64,000 nt of DNA from Thiotrichaceae bacterium (lineage in GTDB: Bacteria; Pseudomonadota; Gammaproteobacteria; Eutrophobiales; Eutrophobiaceae), in contig DUBV01000014.1 of the NCBI GenBank assembly GCA_012960105.1, positions 2,711 to 66,710 on the forward strand. The letters run 5' to 3'. Numbering within the stretch: position 1 is the stretch's first letter; each line of letters begins with the position of its first letter. A program made the translations under genes and the position numbers. This document shows positions 38,216 to 48,195 of this stretch, one piece after another. The notes beneath the pieces were generated by a model that saw only the letters and a list, made by a program, of their open reading frames with translations, had not been told where the DNA came from and searched no databases.

Positions 38216-38962
38216 ATGAAATTAACTAACGAACAAATTGAAGAATTCAAATCTACCGGTTTTCTCGTCATTAGAAATTTATATGATACGGAAAAGATGA
38301 AACAGGTTGTTGAATGGACAGAAGAAGTAACGAATTATCCGGAAGTTCCCGGCAGTGTCATGATGTATTTCGAAGAAAGTAAACTGGAAAAAGGCAAACG
38401 AATACTATCTCGTATGGAAGATATAGAACCGTTTCATAAAGGTTTTAGCGAGCTTTTCGTACGCGGAGAAATTCAACAAATCACCTCGCAATTATTTAAT
38501 GATGAGGCGATTTTATTTAAAGACAAAATCAATTACAAAATGCCCGGCGCTGATGGCTTTAAAGCACATCAGGATGTACAAGCAGGCTGGGATCGTTATG
38601 CAAAATTACATATTACAGCACTGGTCAGTGTCGACGCTTCAACAATTGAAAATGGCTGTCTGGAAGTTGCCAGCGGTTACAATAATGAAGGACACATAGG
38701 TGAATCATGGGCGCCATTAGAAGAAGATGGGCTCGATTATGTCTCTCTACCAACAGAACCCGGCGATGCTGTATTTTTTGATTCTTTCGCACCACATCGT
38801 TCACAACCAAATCTAAGTAATACTCAACGTCGTGTTCTTTATATCACTTACAATGCAGCAACCGAAGGCGAACATCGACGTCAATATTATGATGATAAAC
38901 GTTTAAGTTATCCGCCTGACATTGAACGTGATATCAACAAGGAATATGTATTCAGAGTCTAA
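38216..38962 (+). CDS. phytanoyl-CoA dioxygenase (PhyH) family Fe(II)/2-oxoglutarate oxygenase
   Basis: HxD (KAHQDVQ), distal His and Arg (FAPHRSQPN), and a PhyH-like N-terminus (LTNEQIEEFKSTGFLVIRN). Confidence 0.7.
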   Translation: MKLTNEQIEEFKSTGFLVIRNLYDTEKMKQVVEWTEEVTNYPEVPGSVMMYFEESKLEKGKRILSRMEDIEPFHKGFSELFVRGEIQQITSQLFNDEAILFKDKINYKMPGADGFKAHQDVQAGWDRYAKLHITALVSVDASTIENGCLEVASGYNNEGHIGESWAPLEEDGLDYVSLPTEPGDAVFFDSFAPHRSQPNLSNTQRRVLYITYNAATEGEHRRQYYDDKRLSYPPDIERDINKEYVFRV

Positions 38963-39009
38963 TCTTGATGTAAAAAGATTGAGCATGAAAAAATGGAATA
39001 AATAATACG

Positions 39010-41622
39010 ATGAACATTGATCGCATAATAATAAGCTGGGTTCAATCCATCGAACGTTTTCGCATAGCGATTATTATTGCTTTCATCGTGCTCACAGTTT
39101 TCTCGATTTTTTATATCATCGATAATCTAGGCGTCAGTACCGATACCACCGATATGTTATCGGAAGAATTAGCTTGGCGAAAACTGGATATTGAATACGA
39201 AAAACAGTTTCCCCAATTTAATGACAATGTTCTAATCGTTATCGAATCAGAAACCGCGGATCAAGCTACTGACACTGCGATAAGATTACATACTGCACTA
39301 AAAGATAACCCAAAATTAATCAGTGATATTTATTATCCAAATTTACTACCTTATTTTCGTCAATCTGCTTTTCTTTTTTTTAACGATGAAGAATTACAAG
39401 ATCTCGCAGACCAGTTAGCATCAGTACAAGCTTTCCTGGGAACGCTGTTACAAGATAAAAATCTGCGCGGTTTATTTACTATGATTTCTAATGCCATACA
39501 ACACAAAGAAGATGGCGAAGACATCGAGATAAAACCATTATTACTTGAGATAAATCGTGCGCTGGATAATGAAAACTACAATGTCTCCTGGCAACGATTA
39601 ATGAGTTCCGACAAAGTTGAAAAGTCCGTTTATCGGGAATTCATTATGTTACAAACACTAGAATCTAAAGAAGAGTTATTACCCGGTGCCGATGTTCTGG
39701 CACATATAAGAACTGTTATTAGATCATTGAATCTGAATGATGCCGTGCGCGTTCGTTTAACCGATGGCACAGCACTGTCTTATGAAGAATTGAAAAGCGT
39801 TTCCGAAGCGAATATACAGGCAATCATTATCTCATTTATTCTGGTTGCAATTATTTTGTTGATAGGTCTTGATTCAATCTGGTTAGTTATTACTTCTTTA
39901 ATTACCTTATTCTTCGGTTTAATTGCGACGACAGCTTTTGCAGCAGCAACCGTGGGTGAATTGAACCTTATCTCTGTCGCCTTTGCTGTGTTGTATATAG
40001 GTCTAGGCATAGATTTCACCGTTCACTTAACACTACGTTATCGTGAACAGGTGCATGCTACAGGCGGAAGCAATAATGCTTTACAACAGGCTATGCTGCA
40101 TATTTTTCGGTCACTGATACTCTGCTCCATTACCACTGCTATTGGTTTTTATTCATTTATACCAACTGATTATCAAGGTGTTGCTGAGCTTGGCTGGATT
40201 GCTGGCAGTGGAATGTTAATTAGCATAATTTATACCCTGACCTTATTACCCGCCCTATTGAGCTTAAGACCTTATCAATCAAACGATAAAAATATATATA
40301 AAAATAGTCATAAAATAGTGATTTTATTAACGACTCTGCCCTATAAATATTCGAAACAAATACTAATATTTACATTGATTGTTTTGATAGCTTTTATTAG
40401 TCAACTCTATCGAGTTACCTTTGATATAAATACATTAAACCTACAAGATCCAGAAAATGAATCGGTGCAAACATACCGAGATTTATTAAAGGATAGTGAC
40501 TCTTCTCCCTGGAGTAGTATTTTATTAAAGGAAAATCGTAGTGATGCTATCGCTGCGATAAAAGAAATTGAACAACTTGATTTAGTCGACGATGTAATCT
40601 GGTATGAAGATTTATTACCAAAAGATCAGGAAGATAAATTATTCATCATTGATGAGATAAATTTATTTATGGGACAGCTATCTACTGAAGCAACAAAAGA
40701 ACAGATTAATAATATCGAAAGAACAGTAGCTGTAGAAACGCTAGTTAAGAAACTTGATTATTTCTCAGGTCATGAACTAGAGTCAAATCCAGAGTTGTAC
40801 AGTGAAATCAGAAAACTTAAAACACATTTAACAACACTATTGAATAATTCTTCGGACAATATGAATTTGTTATCTTTAGAAAAACAATTATTGTCTAATC
40901 TTGATGGAAGAATTCATTCCCTGAACGATGCCTTAAATGCGGAACACGTCGAACTTGGTGACATCCCTGCTACGGTTCATGATCGATGGGTTAGTCATAA
41001 ACACTACAAAATAGAAATTTTTCCACGAGAAGATTTAAATGATAACGCCGCAATGAAACGCTTTGTGGATCAATTGCAAGCGTATGACAATACCGTGATT
41101 GGTTCACCAATCATTAATATTGAAGCAGGTGCAGCCGTCATCACTGCGTTCAAGAATGCGTTCACTTATGCCTTAATTACTATTACTTTATTATTACTTG
41201 TTTTGATTAAAGTTAAAGGTGACGCAGTCATTATACTGGTCTCAGTATTAGTAGGTTCAGTGTTTACATTTGGTTTTATGTTGATATTTAATATCCCATT
41301 AAATTTCGCCAACATAATTGGTTTACCTTTACTGCTAGGTATCGGTGTAGACAGTGGGATACACATTGCAGATCGCTTTCGTCAAGAACAAGGGACGAAT
41401 AAGAATATTTTCACGACCAGTTCGTCTCGTGGCGTTATCGTCAGCTCACTAACGACTATCTGTAGTATAGGTAATCTGGCTTTTTCTTCGCATACGGGTA
41501 CAGCCAGCATGGGCTTATTATTAACGCTAGGCTTAGCCTCAATGATGGTATCAACGATGATGATATTGCCGGCCTTTCTAATTTGGCAAGACTCATTGCA
41601 AAAACAAAAAACTACATCATGA
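39010..41622 (+). CDS. hpnN: RND/MMPL-superfamily hopanoid transporter (HpnN type)
   Basis: 870 aa with two TM bundles separated by large periplasmic-type loops. Located between hpnG and hpnA homologues. Confidence 0.75.
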   Translation: MNIDRIIISWVQSIERFRIAIIIAFIVLTVFSIFYIIDNLGVSTDTTDMLSEELAWRKLDIEYEKQFPQFNDNVLIVIESETADQATDTAIRLHTALKDNPKLISDIYYPNLLPYFRQSAFLFFNDEELQDLADQLASVQAFLGTLLQDKNLRGLFTMISNAIQHKEDGEDIEIKPLLLEINRALDNENYNVSWQRLMSSDKVEKSVYREFIMLQTLESKEELLPGADVLAHIRTVIRSLNLNDAVRVRLTDGTALSYEELKSVSEANIQAIIISFILVAIILLIGLDSIWLVITSLITLFFGLIATTAFAAATVGELNLISVAFAVLYIGLGIDFTVHLTLRYREQVHATGGSNNALQQAMLHIFRSLILCSITTAIGFYSFIPTDYQGVAELGWIAGSGMLISIIYTLTLLPALLSLRPYQSNDKNIYKNSHKIVILLTTLPYKYSKQILIFTLIVLIAFISQLYRVTFDINTLNLQDPENESVQTYRDLLKDSDSSPWSSILLKENRSDAIAAIKEIEQLDLVDDVIWYEDLLPKDQEDKLFIIDEINLFMGQLSTEATKEQINNIERTVAVETLVKKLDYFSGHELESNPELYSEIRKLKTHLTTLLNNSSDNMNLLSLEKQLLSNLDGRIHSLNDALNAEHVELGDIPATVHDRWVSHKHYKIEIFPREDLNDNAAMKRFVDQLQAYDNTVIGSPIINIEAGAAVITAFKNAFTYALITITLLLLVLIKVKGDAVIILVSVLVGSVFTFGFMLIFNIPLNFANIIGLPLLLGIGVDSGIHIADRFRQEQGTNKNIFTTSSSRGVIVSSLTTICSIGNLAFSSHTGTASMGLLLTLGLASMMVSTMMILPAFLIWQDSLQKQKTTS

Positions 41623-42605
41623 AAACATTAGTCACTGGCGCAAACGGATTTGTTGGTTCTGCTGTCGCACGATTATTATTAGATAAGGGATATGATGTAC
41701 GCGTACTGGTTAGGTCTGATTCGGATAGACGCAATTTTAAAGGTTTGGATATTGAAATAATTGAAGGTGATTTAAGAGATTCTCAATCGTTAAAACTGGC
41801 AGTAACTGGCTGCAATAAATTATTTCATATTGCCGCCGACTACCGATTATGGATACCTGATCCAGAAAACATGTACAAAACTAATGTAGATGGAACACGA
41901 AATCTAATCATGGCAGCAGCGGAGGTTGGTGTTGAAAAAATTGTTTATACCAGCAGTGTTGCCACATTAGGAATTAATAAAGACGGTACAGCCTCGAATG
42001 AAACTACGCCGGTCTCTATTGATAACATGATAGGTCATTATAAACGTTCAAAATTTTTGGCTGAAGAAACAGTCCATGAATTGATAAAAGAAAAATCCTG
42101 CCCAGTAACTATAGTAAATCCTTCTACGCCCGTCGGACCACGTGATATTAAACCAACACCCACTGGAAAGATCATACTCGACACTATTCGAAAACGTATG
42201 CCTGCCTATGTCGATACAGGCTTAAATATTGTGCATGTTGATGATGTTGCTAATGGCCATTTATTGGCAATGGATAAAGGTGAAGTTGGAGAACGTTATA
42301 TTCTTGGTGGAGATAATATGACATTAGCATCAATACTCGAATATATTTGCGTTAACCAGAACATGACACCCCCGACAATCAAGTTACCTCACAACCTGAT
42401 ATTACCCATTGCATGGTTTATGGAGCGTATAGCAGAAATTACACATAAAGAACCACGCGCAACTGTCGATGGAGTCAATATGTCTAAAAAAATGATGTTT
42501 TTTTCTAGTGATAAAGCAAAAGAAAAACTGGGATACCAATCACGACCCGGTGTTGAAGGTCTGAAAGATGCGATAGATTGGTTTAATGCAGAAAATTATT
42601 TATGA
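41619..42605 (+). CDS. hpnA: hopanoid-associated NAD-dependent sugar epimerase/reductase (HpnA type)
   Basis: MKTLVTGANGFVGSAV Rossmann motif. The ATG at 41619 overlaps the hpnN TGA (ATGA); the longer ORF-track start at 41583 is unlikely. Confidence 0.75.
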   Translation: MKTLVTGANGFVGSAVARLLLDKGYDVRVLVRSDSDRRNFKGLDIEIIEGDLRDSQSLKLAVTGCNKLFHIAADYRLWIPDPENMYKTNVDGTRNLIMAAAEVGVEKIVYTSSVATLGINKDGTASNETTPVSIDNMIGHYKRSKFLAEETVHELIKEKSCPVTIVNPSTPVGPRDIKPTPTGKIILDTIRKRMPAYVDTGLNIVHVDDVANGHLLAMDKGEVGERYILGGDNMTLASILEYICVNQNMTPPTIKLPHNLILPIAWFMERIAEITHKEPRATVDGVNMSKKMMFFSSDKAKEKLGYQSRPGVEGLKDAIDWFNAENYL

Positions 42606-42630
42606 TGAATGAGTCTTTAATATAAAATTC

Positions 42631-42661
42631 TTCCCTAAATATACAACGTATATTTAGGGAA
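42631..42661. terminator. perfect 14-bp hairpin after hpnA
   Basis: TTCCCTAAATATAC-AAC-GTATATTTAGGGAA read directly from the sequence. AT-rich, and there is no clear U-tract on the plus strand. Confidence 0.4.
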
Positions 42662-42873
42662 GGTGCGCTATCCTTAGCGCTTATCATCCATGACCACATC
42701 CTTACGGTTTATCAATGCTATGCTTAATTTAGCAAAGCACTAATTACGTCCATGTGTAGAACACTATAAGCACATTATCGCTGTATGGAAATTCTCTGAA
42801 ATGAGTAAATTTGAAGAAATGTGACTACTCAAAAGTAAGTAGTATTCATCGTTAAACTATACCAGGCAATAGT

Positions 42874-42905
42874 CACATACGGCTGTATTGATGCAGTCGT
42901 ATGTG
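42874..42905 (-). terminator. stem-loop just downstream of the Mrp-like operon
   Basis: 12-bp stem with one mismatch (CACATACGGCTG / CAGTCGTATGTG) and an 8-nt loop. Begins 15 nt past the stop at 42920. Confidence 0.35.
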
Positions 42906-42919
42906 GCTAATCGATGTTT

Positions 42920-44590
42920 CTAGAGTAAGAGATAGGATAATGAAATAACGAACACAACCATTATCATGCTCATCCCCATACCCACAGACAACTGAATATT
43001 GAGTTTATTATCCAAATAGTGACTTAGCTTTAAATCAGAAAAACCTTGCTTAAACACTTTTTCAAACTGAACCAAATAATGAAATAGCTGATTTGATATT
43101 ACTGGAACCAGTTTTCTATAGAACCAGTCAAAATCAAGGCTGAGCGTTAGCGTTCTTTTCATTAATGGCAACATAACAAAGAAAGCCAAACCGGAGAACA
43201 AGAGTAATTGCAATTGTGTCACCACATGTGCTGCTGTGTATGGTTCATAGTTCACATCATAGGGCAGCATGAAATACAGCATATTTGGAAACACACCTAA
43301 CAAAACACAAATAACAGCAAAGAAAATCATGCCCATTTGCATATTTAATGGTGGATCATCAGGTCTAAGACCGCTGTCTTTCTGAAAGAAAACAAACCAC
43401 GGGAATTTTATCCCTGCGTGTAAAAACACACCGGCTGAGGCCGCTTGCAACAATAACCAGATCCATAATAAATGTTCATCAACGGAAGCTTGTGTCACCA
43501 TCGATTTACTAACAAAGCCGGATGTGAGTGGAAATGAAGAGATCGCTAACGCACCAATAATCCCGCAAACGGTAGTGACCGGCATCGACTGAACCAAACC
43601 ACCTAAGTCCGTACATTTACGTTTACCAGTCATATATAAAACCGAACCAGCTGACATTAACAACAGAGCTTTATAGATAATGTGTGTAAATGCATGTGCA
43701 GCAGCGCCATTTAATGCCATCTCGGTACCAATGCCTATACCACAAAGCATGAAACCAACTTGATTGATAATGCTATAGGCAAGAATACGGCGCATATCAT
43801 TTTCAAGTAAGGCGTAAATAATGCCGTAAAAAATCATAAACAAACCGATATACACCAGCAATTCTGTTCCAGGAAAACCTCGTAATAAAACATAAACTGC
43901 TGTTTTGGTGGTAAAGGCACTTAAAAATACGGTACCACTAAATGATGCTTCTGGATAAGCATCTGCCAACCATGCTGTTAATGGCGGCGCACCTGCATTT
44001 AATAAAAAACCACAGAGAATTAACCAAGTGGCAATACTATCGGCCTGCATTGCCGTAAATAATATCGAACCTGTTGCATTAACATGTGCCGTAATACCAC
44101 ACATCAAGATAACACCACCTAATAAATGAATGACGATATAACGCATGCCTGCTCGTTGTGAATTAGTCGTTTGTGCTGACCAGATTACTAACGTTGATGC
44201 CAGCGCCATTAATTCCCAAAAAACAAATAGACTGATTAGATCACCAGCAAGCACCACGGACATCGCACCACCTGCATAAATAAAAGCAGCGGCTAATTCT
44301 TTTGACTTAGCTTGTTTACAACAAAATAAACTGCCGGTGAAAACAGTGATAGAAAATACCGTAATAAAGAGTCGACTCAATGCATCAAGCTTAATCAGCG
44401 TTAATTCATAATCAAGGTATTGAACCGAACAGGCAGAACCAAAGGGCATATTCCAGACACTGGCTAATGCCAAACAAGGAATGAGCAATACAAATACCGT
44501 TCTTTTTGTTCCATGAAGAAAAGAAATTAACAATCCCGACAGGATCAATAATAAACCAGGATGAAAGAGACTACAGGTCATAATAATCAT
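42920..44590 (-). CDS. antiporter-like subunit of the NuoL/M/N - MrpA/D family, with a C-terminal amphipathic helix plus a terminal TM segment
   Basis: 556 aa, about 14 or more TM segments. Proton_antipo_M-type core (WLADAYPEA..., HAFTHIIYKALLLMSAG). The C-terminal segment FYRKLVPVISNQLFHYLVQFEKVFKQGF is followed by one TM. Confidence 0.7.
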   Translation of the reverse strand: MIIMTCSLFHPGLLLILSGLLISFLHGTKRTVFVLLIPCLALASVWNMPFGSACSVQYLDYELTLIKLDALSRLFITVFSITVFTGSLFCCKQAKSKELAAAFIYAGGAMSVVLAGDLISLFVFWELMALASTLVIWSAQTTNSQRAGMRYIVIHLLGGVILMCGITAHVNATGSILFTAMQADSIATWLILCGFLLNAGAPPLTAWLADAYPEASFSGTVFLSAFTTKTAVYVLLRGFPGTELLVYIGLFMIFYGIIYALLENDMRRILAYSIINQVGFMLCGIGIGTEMALNGAAAHAFTHIIYKALLLMSAGSVLYMTGKRKCTDLGGLVQSMPVTTVCGIIGALAISSFPLTSGFVSKSMVTQASVDEHLLWIWLLLQAASAGVFLHAGIKFPWFVFFQKDSGLRPDDPPLNMQMGMIFFAVICVLLGVFPNMLYFMLPYDVNYEPYTAAHVVTQLQLLLFSGLAFFVMLPLMKRTLTLSLDFDWFYRKLVPVISNQLFHYLVQFEKVFKQGFSDLKLSHYLDNKLNIQLSVGMGMSMIMVVFVISLSYLLL

Positions 44591-44810
44591 CTTTCCTCTT
44601 TACAAGAAAGCCTAATAATTTTGCAAAAACAACCATAACAACGCAGCTAAAAAACCCAAACAATGCATGGAAGCTGAACAAGGCTTCTATTTTAAAATGC
44701 GGATGTAAGACAATAACAATCTCGGCTATCACGGTTAACGCTAATATAACAATGGCACCGATCCATAGTTTTTTAATAGATGTTTCTTTATAAAACCAGT
44801 TTTGTTTCAT
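44571..44810 (-). CDS. small two-TM membrane protein embedded in the Mrp-like operon
   Basis: The ATG at 44810 overlaps the upstream stop (ATGA). It encodes MKQNWFYKETSIKKLWIGAIVILAL... (79 aa). The longer ORF-track version (to 44918) overlaps the upstream gene. Confidence 0.5.
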   Translation of the reverse strand: MKQNWFYKETSIKKLWIGAIVILALTVIAEIVIVLHPHFKIEALFSFHALFGFFSCVVMVVFAKLLGFLVKRKDDYYDL

Positions 44811-46273
44811 GAGATATTCTCTGCTAACAGATTCACCAATTGTAATGGAATGTCCGGTAACAAAAATAAAAGAATGGTCATTAATGCTGTTAACGTTAAT
44901 GCCAGTACAATAGGCCATGGTGCTTCCTGATAAGTAAATTCATTACCACTAACTGGCTTTTTGAAAAATGCAGCATAGATGATTGGCAAAAAATATCCCG
45001 CGTTTAATAAAGTACTCATAACAATAACTGATATCGCAAACCATGATTCAACTTCAAATGCACCTTGTAAAATATACCACTTGCTCAAAAACCCTGCTGT
45101 TGGTGGCACACCAATCATGGATAAACTGGCAATAGCAAATGCACCCATCGTCCATGGCATTGCTTTACCTATGCCATCCAATTCGCTCACGGTTGTTTTT
45201 TTAGTGACTGTATAAATCGATCCGGCAGCAAAGAATAAGGTTATTTTACCAAAGGCATGAGCAAGAATATGAAGTGCTGCTCCCATAATAGAAATAGGCG
45301 CTAATATGGCTGTGGCTAAAATTACATACGATAGTTGGCTAATGGTTGAATAAGCTAACCGGCGTTTTAAATTATCTGAGCGCAAAGCAACAATTGAAGC
45401 AACAATAATAGTTATCCCTGCCAGATAAAGCAGAATATTGAATTCAATAACATCTGATAACAATACCGGACTAAAAATATAAACCACAATTTTAACAATA
45501 CTGAATACACCTGCCTTAACAACAGCAACAGCATGTAATAAAGCACTGACAGGTGTTGGCGCAACCATCGCGGCAGGTAACCATCGATGCATGGGCATTA
45601 ATGCGGCTTTACCTATGCCGTAAACAAACAACATTAATAAGACCAGTATGACACCTTGACCAAGATCATTATTGAGTATGCCGCCGTTAGTAAATTCCGT
45701 TGTGCCAGCTAATATATTTGTCCATATAATGGCGGGGAGAAAGAAACAGATCGATGTAGATAACAAAACACCAAGATAAATGCGACCTGCTCGCATTGCA
45801 TCTTCACTGCCTTTATGTGTTACCAATGGATAAGTCGAAAGTGTTAATGCCTCATAAAAAATAAACAAGGTAATTAAGTTTGCCGAGAAAGCAATGCCTA
45901 TGGTGCTAGCAATTGCTATAGCAAAATAAATATAAAAACGGGTTTGATGCTTTTCCTTATTTCCACGCATATAGCCTATGGAATAAATGGAATTGATTAG
46001 CCACAAAAATGATGCAATGCAAGCGAATAACATGCCTAATGGCTCAATTTTAAAATGTATCGCTAGACCCGGTAAAAATTCCATTAGTTGTAATTGCGGT
46101 TGTTCACCCTTCAATACTTTTTCTAACAAAGTAGAAACAACGAATATTAAACAAACAGAACTTACTAACGTACATACCTCTCTAAGATTAATATTTTTTT
46201 GAAAAATGGCACTCAACGCTGTCGCTATCACCGGAATGCATAAAGCTAGTAGAATTAAATGTTGTTCAGACAT
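44807..46273 (-). CDS. MrpD/NuoN-like antiporter-like subunit
   Basis: 488 aa, polytopic, with typical MrpD/NuoM-N family motifs (HRWLPAAMVAPTPVSALLHA). Confidence 0.75.
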   Translation of the reverse strand: MSEQHLILLALCIPVIATALSAIFQKNINLREVCTLVSSVCLIFVVSTLLEKVLKGEQPQLQLMEFLPGLAIHFKIEPLGMLFACIASFLWLINSIYSIGYMRGNKEKHQTRFYIYFAIAIASTIGIAFSANLITLFIFYEALTLSTYPLVTHKGSEDAMRAGRIYLGVLLSTSICFFLPAIIWTNILAGTTEFTNGGILNNDLGQGVILVLLMLFVYGIGKAALMPMHRWLPAAMVAPTPVSALLHAVAVVKAGVFSIVKIVVYIFSPVLLSDVIEFNILLYLAGITIIVASIVALRSDNLKRRLAYSTISQLSYVILATAILAPISIMGAALHILAHAFGKITLFFAAGSIYTVTKKTTVSELDGIGKAMPWTMGAFAIASLSMIGVPPTAGFLSKWYILQGAFEVESWFAISVIVMSTLLNAGYFLPIIYAAFFKKPVSGNEFTYQEAPWPIVLALTLTALMTILLFLLPDIPLQLVNLLAENIS

Positions 46274-46275
46274 AA

Positions 46276-47772
46276 TTATTGAACAACGAAGTCCAAATAA
46301 AAGTCTTGGGCTATAGCATTGGCCATATCGACATTAAGAGATGAATCTAATCCAAAATAAACATTGGCTATAACAAATACAAATAAGGAAAATAATAATA
46401 AATAAGGTGTTTTCTGATTGCCATCTATTGCTATAACTACTTTATCCGGTTCTTTGAAATAAGCGACCTCTATAAACTTCCAAATATAAATAATGGCTAA
46501 AACTGATGAAAAGACGATAACTACTACTAATCCCCAATATCCATTTTCAAATGAAGCTTTGATCAGAAACCATTTACTAACAAAACCCGCTGTTAGTGGA
46601 ACTCCAATTAAACTTAAACCACCAATAAGAAAAGAAAGCATAAGCAAGGGCATGGTTTTGGCTAATCCTGCAAGTTTAGAAATGGAATCTGTTTTGGTAT
46701 AAAAAATAATAATGATTACCGATAGAAACAAGGCGACTTTAATTATCGCATGATTGAAAACATGAATTAAACCTGCAGCTAAACCTGCTTCCGTCGCTAA
46801 TGAAATACCTAGTAACATATAACCCAATTGCGCAACACTGGAATACGCCAATAAACGTTTTAAACTATCTTGTTGAATGGCCAGATAGGAACCATATAAA
46901 ATACCTGCACAGGCTAATATCATTAACACATGACTCATTGCTTCCTGAACAAAGACAGTTTCATAACCAAATACAGAATATATAAAACGTATCAAGACAT
47001 AGACAAAAACCTTAGTCGTCGTTCCTGCAAGGAAAGTAGAAACAATAGAAGGTGAATAGCTATAGGCATCGGGCAACCACAAATGCAATGGGAAGATGGC
47101 AGCTTTTATGCCTATACCCACCACAAAAAATACCAACGCTGTGGTTAATGTTTTTGTATTTTCAACATCCGGCAAACGTTGAAAGATATCAACCATATTT
47201 AATGTCCCGGTGACTGCATAAAGTAAGCCGACAGAAATTAAAATAAAGCTGGCACCTATTGTTCCAAAGATAAGGTATTTGAAAGCCGCGTATAAACAAC
47301 GTCGATCATTACCAATACTGATCATGGCATACGATGACAACGATGCGATTTCGATAAAGACAAATAAATTAAACGCATCACCGGTCATAATAACGCCCAA
47401 TACACCAGTAAGGTTTAATAAAAATGCTGTGTAAAATAGATAAAGACGGTCCGATGAAATTTCATCGGCAATGCTTTCTCTGGCACCAAGCAAGACAATG
47501 GCAGCTACGCCATTAATGATTAACAGCATAAATGCGGTTAATTTATCCAGACGATATTCAATACCCCAGGGACTGAGCCATCCACCAAGCGCATACGAAA
47601 TAACACCTGACTCCAGCACTTGATTAAATAACACACAGGAAATGATGAATGACAGAAAACAAATCAGCGTTGCAAATAACCAACTCAAAACACTTTGACG
47701 TAAAATGACACACAACGGTGCAGCTATTAGAGGTAAAAGTACCTGCAATACAGGCAAGTGAGAATTAATCAA
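46276..47772 (-). CDS. MrpD/NuoM-like antiporter-like subunit
   Basis: 498 aa. GGWLSPWGIEYRLDKLTAF and HLWLPDAYSYSPS motifs typical of MrpD-type subunits. Confidence 0.75.
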   Translation of the reverse strand: MINSHLPVLQVLLPLIAAPLCVILRQSVLSWLFATLICFLSFIISCVLFNQVLESGVISYALGGWLSPWGIEYRLDKLTAFMLLIINGVAAIVLLGARESIADEISSDRLYLFYTAFLLNLTGVLGVIMTGDAFNLFVFIEIASLSSYAMISIGNDRRCLYAAFKYLIFGTIGASFILISVGLLYAVTGTLNMVDIFQRLPDVENTKTLTTALVFFVVGIGIKAAIFPLHLWLPDAYSYSPSIVSTFLAGTTTKVFVYVLIRFIYSVFGYETVFVQEAMSHVLMILACAGILYGSYLAIQQDSLKRLLAYSSVAQLGYMLLGISLATEAGLAAGLIHVFNHAIIKVALFLSVIIIIFYTKTDSISKLAGLAKTMPLLMLSFLIGGLSLIGVPLTAGFVSKWFLIKASFENGYWGLVVVIVFSSVLAIIYIWKFIEVAYFKEPDKVVIAIDGNQKTPYLLLFSLFVFVIANVYFGLDSSLNVDMANAIAQDFYLDFVVQ

Positions 47773-48119
47773 TCACTGAGCTCCCGCTGAATTTCATCAT
47801 CTTCGACTGTACCGTAGGCATGATAAATACGAATGACGATAGCAAGCCCTAAAGCCGTGGTCGATATACCTACTACAATAGCGGTTAGAATTAACACGTG
47901 CGGTAAGGGACTAGAATAAACCGGATTTGCCTCTGACAAAATTGGCGCGGTACCACCAGTCACTTTTCCCATAGAGATAAACAGAATAAAAATTGACGTT
48001 TGAAAGATATTGATGCCGATTAGCTTCTTAACCAGATTTTTATGTGCGATAACAATATAAAGCCCAACCATCATTAATATGACGACGACCCAATAATTAA
48101 ATAACCCCAGAAAATCCAT
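47769..48119 (-). CDS. MrpC/MnhC (NuoK-like) subunit
   Basis: 116 aa, three TM segments, NuoK/MnhC-like sequence. ATGA overlap with the next gene. Confidence 0.7.
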   Translation of the reverse strand: MDFLGLFNYWVVVILMMVGLYIVIAHKNLVKKLIGINIFQTSIFILFISMGKVTGGTAPILSEANPVYSSPLPHVLILTAIVVGISTTALGLAIVIRIYHAYGTVEDDEIQRELSD

Positions 48120-48195
48120 CCCGATTTAAAATCACATCTATTTATTTTTTTGAATAATCCGTATAAAACGGATTTAAATTTGAAGAGTATTATAT

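Noticed and set aside
44811-44918. Longer version of the small ORF (115 aa) in the Mrp-like operon
   Set aside because: The extra 36 codons overlap the 3' end of the upstream antiporter-like gene in another frame. The ATGA-coupled start at 44810 gives a clean two-TM protein.
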